From contig CAVRBU010000002.1 of the NCBI GenBank assembly GCA_963719315.1, positions 1,152,001 through 1,216,000 on the forward strand: DNA of 64,000 nucleotides, in the 5' to 3' direction. The stretch comes from an uncultured Planctomycetota bacterium (GTDB taxonomy: Bacteria > Planctomycetota > Planctomycetia > Pirellulales > Lacipirellulaceae). Shown piece after piece: positions 30,699 through 41,538 of this stretch (within the stretch, counting starts at the first letter, position 1; each line of letters opens with the position of its first letter). Under the pieces are notes generated by a model. The model saw only the letters and a program-made list of their open reading frames with translations. It was not told the origin of the DNA and ran no database searches. The position numbers were made by a program, and so were the translations under genes.

Positions 30699-30951
30699 GA
30701 CCGTATTATATGCTTCTTACGCCGCTTGCGGCTTGGCGATGCGGCAAGCGATGAACGCTGGCATATAGAACAAAACCGTTTGCCTGCAAAGGTGAATCGC
30801 GGTGCGCCGCCGAAAACTCGCCTTGACGACCGTTCCAATTTTCAAGAACATTCGCCCGCTTCGTCCCGCGGCGTCCCTTTCGGGCACTCCGCGGCGATGA
30901 GCGCCCGCTTTTCCGAACATCGCACACACGCTGTAGGCAAGGAGGCCTCGC

Positions 30952-32453
30952 GTGACGCCATCGTCATTAGCAACCGCCGGAATCCCGCTCCGCAAATTGT
31001 TGGCAAATGACCTGCGCGGCGATTGCCGGCCCGATCTCTCCGCCACGAGCTGCGCCAGCGATTGGCGCCAAGTGCAGCCGGGCGACGTATTCATTGCCGT
31101 CACTGGCGATGAAGACGACGGACACGACCACGCGGTCGACGCGGTCGAGCGCGGGGCCGCCGCCGTGATTTGTGAGCGGCCGTTGCCGATTTTTAATGTG
31201 CCGGTATGCGTCGTCGCGGATAGCCGCGTTGCCTACGGCCGGCTGTGCCAGGCGTTGATGGGCAATCCTTCGCAGCACATGAAAGTCATCGGCGTTACGG
31301 GAACACACGGTAAAACGACCGTCGCGCGGCTGCTCTCCGCAATTCTGCGCGAGACCGGCGCCACGGTCGGCACGCTCGATTCATTTGGCTACTGGGACGG
31401 TGTCGAAGACCGCCCACCGCTCGGCGATCAAATGTCGCCGCCGTCGTTGGCCCGTTCGCTCGCCGAAATGGTGGCCAGCGGAGCAACCCACGCGGTCGTA
31501 GAGATCTCCAGCCAGGATTTGGCGCGACAAACATTTGCAGGCGTAACGCTCGATGCGGCCTGTATCACCCAGATCGGACGCCATCACCTCGATTGGCACG
31601 GCTCATTGCAAAACTACCGTCAAGCGAAACGACGCATCCTTGAACTCCTCGACCCCGACGCGGTCGCGATTTTGAACGCCGATGATCCAATCTCGGTCGA
31701 GATCCTCGACAACCTCACGCGACCTGTGCTGACCTTCGGGATGCGCGGCGCCAGCGAAATCTCGGCTCAGGTCATTGAGCAATATGTTAACGAGCAGACG
31801 TTCCTGCTGTCGGCCGGCGACGATTCTGTCGGCGTGCGAACGGAAATCATCGGCGACCATCATATTTACAACTGCCTTGCCGCCGCCACGACGGCCCTCG
31901 CCTATGGCGTGGAACTAACGACCATCGCCCGGGGCCTGGAGTCCGTCGATCGACTGCCGGGGCGGATGGAACGCGTGATGTGCGGCCAGGATTTCGCCGT
32001 GCTCGTCGACTCGGTCGATTCGCCGGAAGCGGTGCGGAATTGCCTACGAGCAGCGCGACAAGTCACAAGCGGACGGTTGATTTGCGTGTTCGGCGCAAAC
32101 GGCGACTGCGATGCGACCGACCTACCGGCGATCGGCCGAGTGATTGGGACAATGTCCGATGCGGCTGCAATTACCAACGGCAGCCCGGCCGAATTTGGCT
32201 CGCATCGCTCGTGTCTGGAAATTCGTAGTGGCTTTGTCGACATCGGCAAAGTGCAGGTCATCCTCGACCGCCAAGAAGCGATTCAGTGGGCACTCACGGA
32301 AGCACAAGCGGGCGACACCATCGTGCTCGCCGGAATGGGCGCCACTCCCCACACTCCTCTCGGACCGGAAGCGCGCTGGCGAGCGATGTTGAAATCGTAC
32401 AATGCGCTTTGCGCCGCGGTGCAGCGATACAACCACTTCGACTGGCCGCATAA
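30952..32453 (+). CDS. murE: MurE-like Mur ligase, divergent, with a frameshift near 32370
   Basis: IGVTGTHGKTT, VEISS, HLDWHG, PGRME, DRQEAI. Restoring one base gives ...ALASDVEIVQCALRRGAAIQPLRLAA* with stop at 32453. Confidence 0.8.
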
Positions 32454-32827
32454 GTGTCAACCTGATCGGTGGGCCGCGCCCACTCTACTTTTCACGACTT
32501 ATTCAAATCACTTCGTACATTGATCGTAAACGCTGAGGCTTCATCGTCGGCTTGCGCGGAATTGCGGGATTCCGCGTGGCCACCCTCCCTGGGTTGGAGC
32601 ATAAGGCTTGCCGTGCACAGCGGTTTCTGGGTCAACCGCGCGTGGCAAGTGCTTCACGATGAAGCCTATGTCTGAGCACCGGAGCGGCGCTGCGCCGCTC
32701 CGGTGTCTCAGCGGACTGAAGGAAGTCAAGGAGACATGGTAACAAGGTGATAAGGAGATAGGGAGAACAGAGCGAATATCGAGGTCTCCTTGTCTCCCCC
32801 GTTCCTTGTCTCCTTGTCTAATCCCCT

Positions 32828-33955
32828 ATGCCTCGCCCCCCGCACATCGTTTTCGCCGGCGGCGGCACGCCGGGCCATTTGCATCCCGGCCTGGCCGTAG
32901 CCACCCATCTCATCGAGCGGATTCCCGACGCGACAGTGACGTTCGTCGGCGGCGGTCGAGCATTGGATCGGCACGTCATTCGAGCGGCTGGATTTGGCTT
33001 CGCACCCGTGCCATCGCAGCCGGCGCCGGAAAAAGCTTTGCACGCCGTGCGGTTCGTGACGGATAACGTCGCCGGCTATTGGGCTGCCCGCTGGTTTCTG
33101 AAGGAAAAACGCGTCTCGGCCGTGGTCGGACTCGGCGGCGCTTCGAGTGCCCCTGCCGTGCGGGCCGCAATCTCGCGCGGCATTCCCACGTTGATGCTCG
33201 AACAAAATGTCGTGCCGGGCCGCGTTACGCGGTGGCTCGCTCGATCTGCTACAACGGTCTGCGCCGGCTTCAGCGAAACACGCGGCTACTTCCCTTCGGC
33301 AGCGCCGCTGATGGTCACCGGCAATCCGGCGCGGCCAGCTTTTGAACATATTTATAGAGATGCGCGACTCGGCAATCTGCGACCGCACGGAAAGAGGCTG
33401 ATCGTCATGGGTGGAGCGGGCGGAGCGCGCTCGCTCAATGAGCACATGCCCCGCGCGCTCGCCAGATTGCGAAGCCAACTCGCCGGTTGGGAAATCGTGC
33501 ATCAATCGGGAGAGGGCCAGTTGCAACAGACTGTGGCGCGGTACCGCGAGGCCAATGTCGATGCTTTGGTGGTGGCGTTTATTGACGAAATCGCGCCCGT
33601 CATGTTCGCTTCCGACCTCGTCGTTTGTCGCCCCGGCGGCACGACGTTGGCCGAGCTGTCGCTGGCCAGCATACCGGCCATCTTGGTGCCGTACCCGCGT
33701 GTGATGGACTATCATCTCCCGAATGCCGAGATTTTCGCAGCCGCCGGCGCCGCCACGCTGATCGACGAGACGGAACTCGCTGGTCCGCTGGAGGCCGCTC
33801 TCGCTGAGCACCTCGAGCCCTTGATCGTCGACGACGCTAGGCGATCGAAAATGGCCGCCTCGATGCGGCGAATGGCGCGGCCGGGCGCCAGCGCCAACGT
33901 GACCAACGCCATCTACGAAGGGTTGTTTAGCACCTCTGTGCGGCTAGCCGCCTAA
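32828..33955 (+). CDS. murG: MurG-like GlcNAc transferase (GT28)
   Basis: AGGGTPGH, LEQNVVPG, TGNP, GGAGGA, LVVCRPGGTTLAE, LVPYP. Confidence 0.88.
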   Translation: MPRPPHIVFAGGGTPGHLHPGLAVATHLIERIPDATVTFVGGGRALDRHVIRAAGFGFAPVPSQPAPEKALHAVRFVTDNVAGYWAARWFLKEKRVSAVVGLGGASSAPAVRAAISRGIPTLMLEQNVVPGRVTRWLARSATTVCAGFSETRGYFPSAAPLMVTGNPARPAFEHIYRDARLGNLRPHGKRLIVMGGAGGARSLNEHMPRALARLRSQLAGWEIVHQSGEGQLQQTVARYREANVDALVVAFIDEIAPVMFASDLVVCRPGGTTLAELSLASIPAILVPYPRVMDYHLPNAEIFAAAGAATLIDETELAGPLEAALAEHLEPLIVDDARRSKMAASMRRMARPGASANVTNAIYEGLFSTSVRLAA

Positions 33956-34041
33956 AGCATTTTTCAGCATCTCGCGACGACCAGGTGGCTGGGGCCGAAA
34001 CCACCGCGGCGGACGGGCCTCCAACGCAGTTAAGTGAACGC

Positions 34042-34165
34042 GGTGGTGTCCTAATTTGGCACCGTTCTGACCGGAACTTTGTAGCATGGACTTCAGTCCG
34101 TACGAGAATCACAGACTGAGGTCTGTATTACAAGCCTGTCGTGCCGCAAAAAATAGGAAACCACC
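34042..34165. mobile_element. MITE-like element containing a GTAG REP doublet, copy 2
   Basis: Ends GGTGGTGTCCTAATTT / AAATAGGAAACCACC, flanked by direct repeat GTGAACGC (34034-34041 and 34166-34173). Confidence 0.75.
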
Positions 34166-34264
34166 GTGAACGCTGCCCTCTAGTCCGCCCGCCTCTCCGA
34201 GCCTAAGCTGCCCGTATTGCGACTGCCGCAACGGCCCATCTCTGACACTCTACCCGAGAAACTC

Positions 34265-34625
34265 ATGCCCACACTAATCCCGCAGGCCACCCGCATCGCC
34301 GCGGCCGGCAACAAGCCAAAGTGTATCGACGAATTTGTCGGTCGCGTCAATTCGAAGCACGATCAACTGAGCGTCGCCCGAATGTCGTCGCCTGCCGGCT
34401 GGGTCGAGCCGGGGCAACGGCCCGAGTTTTTAGAAGTTAGCGTCGTACTTAGCGGCCGATTGCATGTCGAGCACGAGAGCGGCACGATGAACGTCGCCGC
34501 GGGACAGGCCGTCGTCTGCGCCGGGCGAGTGGGTCCGCTACAGCACGCCGGAAGGCGCAGAGTACATGGCTGTTTGCTTGCCGGCGTTTTCACCCGCCAC
34601 CGTTCATCGAGACGCGGGCAAGTAG
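34265..34625 (+). CDS. Cupin-domain protein, with a frameshift near 34520
   Basis: GWVEPGQRPEF...VLSGRLHVE continues in another frame as GEWVRYSTPEGAEYMAVCLPAFSP. Confidence 0.8.
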
Positions 34626-35312
34626 CAGCTGCTTCCTCACCCTCTGGGAGAGGATTCTGCGATCGCTTCTATCTACCATAGAAGTGATAGTGAATATTGA
34701 ACCCCCTAGCCGCCCATAGCCGTATCCCAAGGCGCCACCGTACGGCCCTCCGCCGTAAGGATACGGATTCGATTGGTCGAGCTGCCTGTTCTCTTGTTCG
34801 GTCTGCGCCGCTGCTCGTTGCTCGTCTATTTGTTGTTGCGCGCCTTGGGCTGCCTCGGTTTGAGCTTGATTCAATGCCGAGTACGCTTGTTGAGTTTGCT
34901 TGTGAGCGGCCATCGCTTGTTGCAGACCGGACGCATTCTGCTGCTGGAACATCGCGTACTGTTGCTGCCGCTGTTGTTCTTCTTCGTCGAATTTCATCAG
35001 CCAGATTCTCATTTGGTTCGGCGACATGTTGGCTAATTCCGCCTCGTACTGCTTAGCCATTTCGGGCGTGACTTTGGCCGACTTGCTGCAATAGTCTTTC
35101 AGCCAGGCGCGTGCCCGAAGCATGTCGGCGCTGTTCCAGATTTCTTCCCGCTCGGCTTGCACTTGGGCCTGCGAATTCGACGGGACCGTTGGTACGCGCG
35201 TGGCGGCGACTCGCGGAACCGGTGCTTGGGCGTTGGCCACTATGCCGGCGGAAAAACATAAGCACGCGGCAATAAATGCGACGGCCAAACGAATCGGATG
35301 TGAACTGTTCAT
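34590..35312 (-). CDS. Secreted Gln-rich hypothetical protein; 3' end uncertain
   Basis: Signal peptide ending ANA, Q/A-rich helical region, G/Y-rich tail. Confidence 0.7.
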   Translation of the reverse strand: MNSSHPIRLAVAFIAACLCFSAGIVANAQAPVPRVAATRVPTVPSNSQAQVQAEREEIWNSADMLRARAWLKDYCSKSAKVTPEMAKQYEAELANMSPNQMRIWLMKFDEEEQQRQQQYAMFQQQNASGLQQAMAAHKQTQQAYSALNQAQTEAAQGAQQQIDEQRAAAQTEQENRQLDQSNPYPYGGGPYGGALGYGYGRLGGSIFTITSMVDRSDRRILSQRVRKQLLLARVSMNGGG

Positions 35313-35521
35313 GGGATATCACCTAGGGCTGGCGGATGTGCCGGAAATGGTTTTTGTGCGTCCTTGCCACATATTTCACTTTAGCTGCGGCTACTTCGGC
35401 GGCAAGAGTTACTCGGAGCGATCGGCCCGTGAGTGGGTGGTTCTAGAACGAATGTGCCGATCGGCGCGGTCGCGACGACCCGAATCGCATTCAGCGCTGA
35501 GCGGAGGGCAACTGGGGTGGA

Positions 35522-35600
35522 GGGTGGCTGAGGTGGAGCGCAGCGACCCCCCAGTTGCATCGGGGCTCATTCACTGCGGCGGACTCCACCCCAGCCACCC
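35522..35600. repeat. REP-like palindromic element, copy 2
   Basis: GGGTGGCTG...CAGCCACCC arms; homologous to 7410..7490. Confidence 0.7.
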
Positions 35601-35636
35601 CTTGCTGAAAATTCCGCGTCCCCAGCGTCCGAATCG

Positions 35637-36767
35637 TCACTCGTCGTCGCCGGAGCTAATTTGCACGTAGCTCTCATAACGTCGAGCATCAATCCAGCCG
35701 TCGGCCACCGCATCCTTTACCGCGCAATGGTCCTCGTGCGTATGTGTGCAATTCGGAAAGCGGCAGCCGCTTACATACGGTCGCAGCTCGCGAAAGTAGG
35801 CGGCCACCTCTTCAGGGATCACGTCCCAAAGTTGAAATTGACGGATTCCCGGCGTATCGACCACGTAGCCGCCGAACGACAACGGAATGAGCTCGGCCGT
35901 CGTCGTTGTGTGACGTCCTTTTTGAGTTTCCTCGCTTACCGTCTGCACGCGCAAATGCAAACCGCTCTCGACAACGTTCAGCAAGGATGATTTGCCAACG
36001 CCGCTTTGGCCGGTGACGACGCTTTCGACGCCCGCTAGTCGAGCCCTCAAACGCTCGACGCCAAACCCGGTGCTAGCCGATACGAAAAGAACTTCATAAC
36101 CAAGTTGCGCATACACGCCCACCAACGGCATAAGATCGGCCGGCTCGATGAGGTCGATCTTGTTGATGCAGATAACCGGGCGGATTCCTGCCTTCTCCGC
36201 GGTAATCAAAAAGCGGTCGATGAGATTGGGCTTGATTCGTGGTTCGGCCGCGCTCGTGACGATGATCAGTTGATCGACGTTGGCCACGAGCACGTGCTGC
36301 CACCCGCGACTGGTGCGGCTCACCACCCCGCGACGCGGTTCGACCCGCTCGATGATCCCCTCCTCGGTTCCTTCCGGGCGAAACCAAACGACGTCGCCCG
36401 CGGCCACGACATGCCGTTGGTCGGTGGCCAGCGTCTTGAGCAGGCGGCGGGTCGCACATTGGAAGTTCTTCCCCGCCTCATCGCGCACGATACTCACCAA
36501 GCCCTGTACGCGAAGCACGCGACCAAGCCGGCAAATCGTGCGATCCACATCCAGATAAACGTGCGTGCCCGATTCGTCTTCGACGACATCCGCGCCAGCC
36601 ACTGTGCGCTTACGAGAAATGTGGCCTTTGCCACTAATGCGCTCGCCATGCGGAGCATCAACGGGCGAATCGGAACCCGCCAGCTCGCGCCTATAATCTT
36701 TGTCGCGGGCGCGAACGACTCGGTTCTTACGAAAATCCGTGCGTACCTTGCGTTTCTTCGCGGTCAC
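35637..36767 (-). CDS. rsgA: Ribosome small subunit-dependent GTPase A
   Basis: NKID, GQSGVGKSS, GRHTTT, DTPG and CRFPNCTHTHEDHC zinc site. Confidence 0.96.
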   Translation of the reverse strand: MTAKKRKVRTDFRKNRVVRARDKDYRRELAGSDSPVDAPHGERISGKGHISRKRTVAGADVVEDESGTHVYLDVDRTICRLGRVLRVQGLVSIVRDEAGKNFQCATRRLLKTLATDQRHVVAAGDVVWFRPEGTEEGIIERVEPRRGVVSRTSRGWQHVLVANVDQLIIVTSAAEPRIKPNLIDRFLITAEKAGIRPVICINKIDLIEPADLMPLVGVYAQLGYEVLFVSASTGFGVERLRARLAGVESVVTGQSGVGKSSLLNVVESGLHLRVQTVSEETQKGRHTTTTAELIPLSFGGYVVDTPGIRQFQLWDVIPEEVAAYFRELRPYVSGCRFPNCTHTHEDHCAVKDAVADGWIDARRYESYVQISSGDDE

Positions 36768-36935
36768 AGGCTGAGTGCGTTCTTGCCACGGAAATTGCAA
36801 ATTGAAAATCGAAATTTGAAAAATGAGAATAGTGCAACAAAGCAGGCGTCGCGGTCGATCAGAATTTGCAATGTGCAATTATCAATTTGCATTTTTCAAT
36901 CGTCCCGAACTTGACTCAAATGTTGAATCGGCTCC

Positions 36936-37436
36936 TCACACCGGGTCGTCCGGCAGCTCGATCTGGCCTGCTTGATCGTTCGTCGGATCGTACCGACGAT
37001 CTGGATCGTGACGTCCACGTTGTGGACGTTCGAATTCGCGGTGATCCAAACCGGCCCGCGCCAGAAGCGATTCGCGCATCACTTCCTGGGAAACGTTGTC
37101 GGCCGGCGGCGGTCCCACGGCCCCGAGCTCCACGGGGTCGTATTCTACCCGATACTTATGCTTGGCGACCGCTAGAACGTCGCCCGGGTCGATACGTCGA
37201 GTCGCCCCCTTTTCCATTTTGAGTTCATTGATCTTTACGCCGTTGCTGCTCTGCATGTCTCGAACGTACCAATAACCGCCATCGACGAATAACTGACAAT
37301 GATGGGCCGAAACATTGGCAAACCGCAGTACGATGTCGCAACTTTCGCGGCGACCGATCAACAATTGCTTCTTCGCCTTCGGGCTCGGCAACGGGATCGG
37401 ATCCCCGCCACCAATGGGTATGAGTGTTCCGTACAT
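36936..37436 (-). CDS. FHA domain protein
   Basis: IGR...CDIV...VSAHH...DMQSSNG. Confidence 0.9.
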   Translation of the reverse strand: MYGTLIPIGGGDPIPLPSPKAKKQLLIGRRESCDIVLRFANVSAHHCQLFVDGGYWYVRDMQSSNGVKINELKMEKGATRRIDPGDVLAVAKHKYRVEYDPVELGAVGPPPADNVSQEVMRESLLARAGLDHREFERPQRGRHDPDRRYDPTNDQAGQIELPDDPV

Positions 37437-37527
37437 AACGACGCTCCCTTGCACCTGGCCGACTAGGGAAATTATGATGCCTGCAATCGAATTCAAACAG
37501 ATACCGTAACTCTACGTACCGACCCAA

Positions 37528-38595
37528 TTGGCGTCAACCAAACCACTTACGACAAATCAACCGTCAGCGGCCTCCGTTGGCCGCGAGCCGACGGCTCGCC
37601 GGGAACTGAGCTGGTGCGACTCCGGCTTGCCGTACTATTCTTGTAACTTCTACCTCCGCCAAAAGTTCGGCCGCCGGGTTCAAAAAGTCAGCATCGACGC
37701 TGGCTTTACTTGCCCCAATGTCGATGGCACCGTTGCCGTCGGTGGCTGCACGTTCTGCGACAACCGCAGCTTCAGCCCCAGTCGCCGCCTCCCCAGGTCC
37801 GGCATCCGCGGCCAGATCGATCAAAGCATCGCACGCATGCGGCTCCGCTACCGCAAGTGCTACGACTATCTGGCCTACTTTCAGCCTGCAACAAATACAT
37901 ACGCTCCAGTCGAACGGTTGCGTGCCGTTTATGAGGAAGCCCTCTCCCATCCGCAAGTCGTGGGCCTCGTAATCGGCACCCGCCCTGACTGCGTCCCCGA
38001 GGATGTCTTGGATCTGTTACAAGAATTCGCGACCTCACATCCCCATAGCCGCGATCCTACGGATCGCAGGGAAACCGGAACCTACCTCTCCGTCGAATAC
38101 GGCATGCAAACGATCCACAACCGCTCGCTCGATTGGATGAACCGCGGCCATCACCACGACGCGATGCTCGACGCCGTCGAGCGCAGCCGCGGCCGCGGTT
38201 TCGAAATCGGCGCACACGTAATGCTCGGCCTGCCCGGCGAAACGCACGACGACATGCTGGCCACCGCCCGCGAGATCGGCCGACTCGGAATCGACGCCGT
38301 AAAGATTCACAATTTGTACTGCGTGAAGAACACACCACTCGCCGACCAGGTCGCTCGCGGCGAGGTGCATTTGATGGAGCGCACGGAGTACGTGCAAACA
38401 CTCGTCGATTTCATCGAGCTACTTCCACCGACGGTGATCGTCGATCGCATCTCCGGCGACGCCCCGCCCGAATATTTTATCGGTCCCACCTGGTGCCTCG
38501 ATAAACCGGCGATCAAAGCCGCAGTGCTGGAAGAGTTCTCGCGGCGAGAAACCTGGCAGGGACGTGTCGCAGACGCGGCGCAACCAATAACGTAG
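37528..38595 (+). CDS. TIGR01212/YhcC-family radical SAM protein
   Basis: GFTCPNVDG...GGCTFC, YFQPATNTY, GTRPDC, VKIHNL. Confidence 0.92.
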   Translation: MASTKPLTTNQPSAASVGREPTARRELSWCDSGLPYYSCNFYLRQKFGRRVQKVSIDAGFTCPNVDGTVAVGGCTFCDNRSFSPSRRLPRSGIRGQIDQSIARMRLRYRKCYDYLAYFQPATNTYAPVERLRAVYEEALSHPQVVGLVIGTRPDCVPEDVLDLLQEFATSHPHSRDPTDRRETGTYLSVEYGMQTIHNRSLDWMNRGHHHDAMLDAVERSRGRGFEIGAHVMLGLPGETHDDMLATAREIGRLGIDAVKIHNLYCVKNTPLADQVARGEVHLMERTEYVQTLVDFIELLPPTVIVDRISGDAPPEYFIGPTWCLDKPAIKAAVLEEFSRRETWQGRVADAAQPIT

Positions 38596-38788
38596 GGTGT
38601 TTCGAGTCTGCGAGACGCACCACAACTTGCTATGCAGGGTCTAGCAATCGTCGTGTCTCTTCGCACACAACATGAGTTGTGTTGCAAGTGCCGTGGGCGG
38701 TGTCATTGTGATCGTTACGACGTGGCAATCACGATCGCGAATGTGATAGAGAAACTATCAAGTGCGACCCGCCGCACGTAATGACCAA

Positions 38789-40036
38789 TCAGCGCTTCGT
38801 CGTCGTCGTTTCTTCTACGGCCGGCACCGGCACAATCTCATAAGAAAACGCGCCCAAAAGTTTGCCACTGGCGCCTTCGTGGCACTGCAGACAGGCTGCG
38901 CTGGCACGAAGTGCGCCGAGCATCCGAATTCGTTCCGGTTGCTGGTCAACGACTACATCTTCCTGCGAAATCAGCAGCGGCAACGCGCCGGCTTCGAAAT
39001 CGTTGAGCTGACGATGGGGAGCTTCCACGATCTTATCCATTGGCGGCAACGTCTCCGAAACATAAACGCGAGGTTTGTCGCGCAACAGACCAACAAGTTC
39101 CAAACGAATTACTTGCCAGTGTTTGGCGCTTCGGAACTCTCGCTCCCAGCTACCACCGAGAGTGCTGAATTGATGCGATTCGAAACCGGCTACGGCGTCA
39201 CGACTCTTGATATATCCCATGCGGTCCGGCGATAGGAAATCACTGATGGCAACATGATGAACTGAAACTAATTCGCTTTTAGATGATAGTGACTGTGAAA
39301 TGCCAAGGGAGATGGGTAGGGACAATTTCTCGGGTCTTTCGAAGTCAACCAATCGATATGTGAGCGATGGCATTCGCATCAACCCGAATCCCGCGGCGCG
39401 GGCGAATTCCGCGGAGCTATCTTCATGTAACTCGCGCAACGCTTCTGCCCGGGAGAAGTATTGGTGCTGAACTTGGAACTGATCTTGCTTGGCCAAATTT
39501 GCCGCGACAGCTGGGGACATTGAAATCGTCTCTACCGTATTGGTATCGCGAGATTGCTCTGACCGCTCAAATGCCAATCGAGATGATAGTGCTTTGAATG
39601 GGTATCGAGTTCTAAGTTCTCGCAGTTCGCTGAGCTTGGCGGCCCCCTGCGAAAAGGCAAATCCATACACAACCACCATCACGCCGACCAAAATCAAGGT
39701 GAAAATCCGCGGCCTCGGTCGAATCGCAATCAGGATCAAACACGCAATCCCATTTGCCAAGGCGTGCAGAAAAAAAACCAAAAAACCAATGGCCAATAAG
39801 AACCCCAAGACCAGGCCGATTCCGGCCGGAAGAATTGTGCTTGCCGGTGCTCGGCAATACGCCAGAGTACAAACGAAAATCAGAAATATGGAACAACTTG
39901 CTGAAAAGAGATACACACCGCCAAACCAGTGCACGGGGGCCAACAACACACAAGCGGCTCCCAGTCCGACAAGTAAACTCCGTAAGCTGAACCGTATTCC
40001 ATTCCGAGGTGCCGCGATCGGAACTGAGGCATCCAT
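38789..40036 (-). CDS. Membrane protein with C-terminal single-haem (CxxCH) domain
   Basis: About five N-terminal TM helices; C-terminal AACLQCHE...LLGAFSY; lower GC than the core genes. Confidence 0.7.
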   Translation of the reverse strand: MDASVPIAAPRNGIRFSLRSLLVGLGAACVLLAPVHWFGGVYLFSASCSIFLIFVCTLAYCRAPASTILPAGIGLVLGFLLAIGFLVFFLHALANGIACLILIAIRPRPRIFTLILVGVMVVVYGFAFSQGAAKLSELRELRTRYPFKALSSRLAFERSEQSRDTNTVETISMSPAVAANLAKQDQFQVQHQYFSRAEALRELHEDSSAEFARAAGFGLMRMPSLTYRLVDFERPEKLSLPISLGISQSLSSKSELVSVHHVAISDFLSPDRMGYIKSRDAVAGFESHQFSTLGGSWEREFRSAKHWQVIRLELVGLLRDKPRVYVSETLPPMDKIVEAPHRQLNDFEAGALPLLISQEDVVVDQQPERIRMLGALRASAACLQCHEGASGKLLGAFSYEIVPVPAVEETTTTKR

Positions 40037-40174
40037 ATTGCCGCCTTCGTTGGATGAAGAGTGGAAAGCGATCATGAAAAGGTGGCCGGTATTACAGCCG
40101 GCTTGATACATAAATCGTTTTCGCAGACATAGATTATTGCAAAACGTCAAACGCTGCAAACACCTTCACTTTAC

Positions 40175-40339
40175 CTATAGGTGTGTTCCACCAAGCGGAT
40201 GCCGCACGCGCAGAAAGTGAGTCCGCTTATTCATCGGCAACGCCAGCAGCCGGCGAATCTGCTCGACGAGCGCCCGTTCGCTCTCCTTCTTGAGGGCTTC
40301 TTCCTGGGCCTTCCTACCTTTTGTTTTCTGTTTTCTCAC
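40175..40339 (-). CDS. 54-aa basic protein overlapping the nucleotidyltransferase stop
   Basis: Hand translation from GTG 40339: MRKQKTKGRKAQEEALKKESERALVEQIRRLLALPMNKRTHFLRVRHPLGGTHL*. Too short for the ORF track. Confidence 0.6.
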   Translation of the reverse strand: MRKQKTKGRKAQEEALKKESERALVEQIRRLLALPMNKRTHFLRVRHPLGGTHL

Positions 40340-40784
40340 TGAGCGTCCTCTCCAGGATTGGCAACACAGCTAGGTCTTTGTCTCGCCCTGTCGCGCGTTT
40401 GCTTTTAATAATATCCTCAAGAGTTGCGATCTTCAGGCCGTATTCGCCGAATTCCACCACGGTCGAACGCGAACGCAATCCTTCAAATGAGCGGACGCCA
40501 TGCAGGCGCGTCATGAAATCGAGTTGAAATCCCTGTTCGTCGTTGACGACACGGAACAAATCGGACGCCGGGTAATAAGGCTTCAGAATCGTGGCCCGCA
40601 TCGTTTGAGCCACAGCTTTCAGTTTTTTCATGTTTAGCGGCGTCTTGCGAAACATGAAATCAATATCAAGCGTCGTAACGGGAGCGCCGTGCAAGGCGGC
40701 CGCGGCGTTACCCACCATGATCGCCTCCAAGCGATGCTCGGCAAAAACCTTCGCGATCCGGTTAAGTAGCGGTTCTGCATTCAT
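40314..40784 (-). CDS. Nucleotidyltransferase (Pol-beta-like, DUF6036-type)
   Basis: VGNAAAALHGAPVTTLDIDF (G...DxD) and C-terminal SKRATGRDKD. Confidence 0.82.
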   Translation of the reverse strand: MNAEPLLNRIAKVFAEHRLEAIMVGNAAAALHGAPVTTLDIDFMFRKTPLNMKKLKAVAQTMRATILKPYYPASDLFRVVNDEQGFQLDFMTRLHGVRSFEGLRSRSTVVEFGEYGLKIATLEDIIKSKRATGRDKDLAVLPILERTLSEKTENKR

Positions 40785-40867
40785 GCGAACTTGGCCCGTC
40801 TGTTTTGCGTCTGCGTAACTATACCACCAGACAGATTGCGGCCACTACGTTCTTGTTGCAATACGAG

Positions 40868-40873
40868 TATAAT
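40868..40873 (+). promoter_or_regulatory. Putative -10 box of rnpB
   Basis: Perfect TATAAT just upstream of the rnpB 5' stem; no clear -35. Confidence 0.5.
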
Positions 40874-40884
40874 TGAAATCCCCC

Positions 40885-41256
<372 letters not shown>

Positions 41257-41271
41257 GGGGGTTTTTTGCAG

Positions 41272-41433
41272 GGAGCACGGAGCAGGGAGCACGGAGCAGG
41301 GAGCACGGAGCAGGGAGCACGGAGCAGGGAGCACGGAGCAGGGAGCACGGAGCAGGGAGCACGGAGCAGGGAGCACGAGAGCAGGGAGCACGGAGCATGG
41401 AGCACGGAGCATGGAGCACGGAGCATGGAGTAA
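41272..41433. repeat. Heptamer tandem array (GGAGCAC/GGAGCAG/GGAGCAT), about 23 units
   Basis: Read directly; a short inverted copy follows at about 41449..41472. Confidence 0.95.
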
Positions 41434-41538
41434 GAATCAAAATTCCGACTCCCTGCTTCTTGCTCCATGCTAAGACGAAAACGCCCCGGACTAATCGGAC
41501 CAGTGCGGTAAGTTCCACGGCGCAGTATCCTGGAGAGC

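Noticed and set aside
41272..41433. Possible CRISPR array
   Set aside because: Contiguous 7-bp units with no unique spacers and no cas genes.
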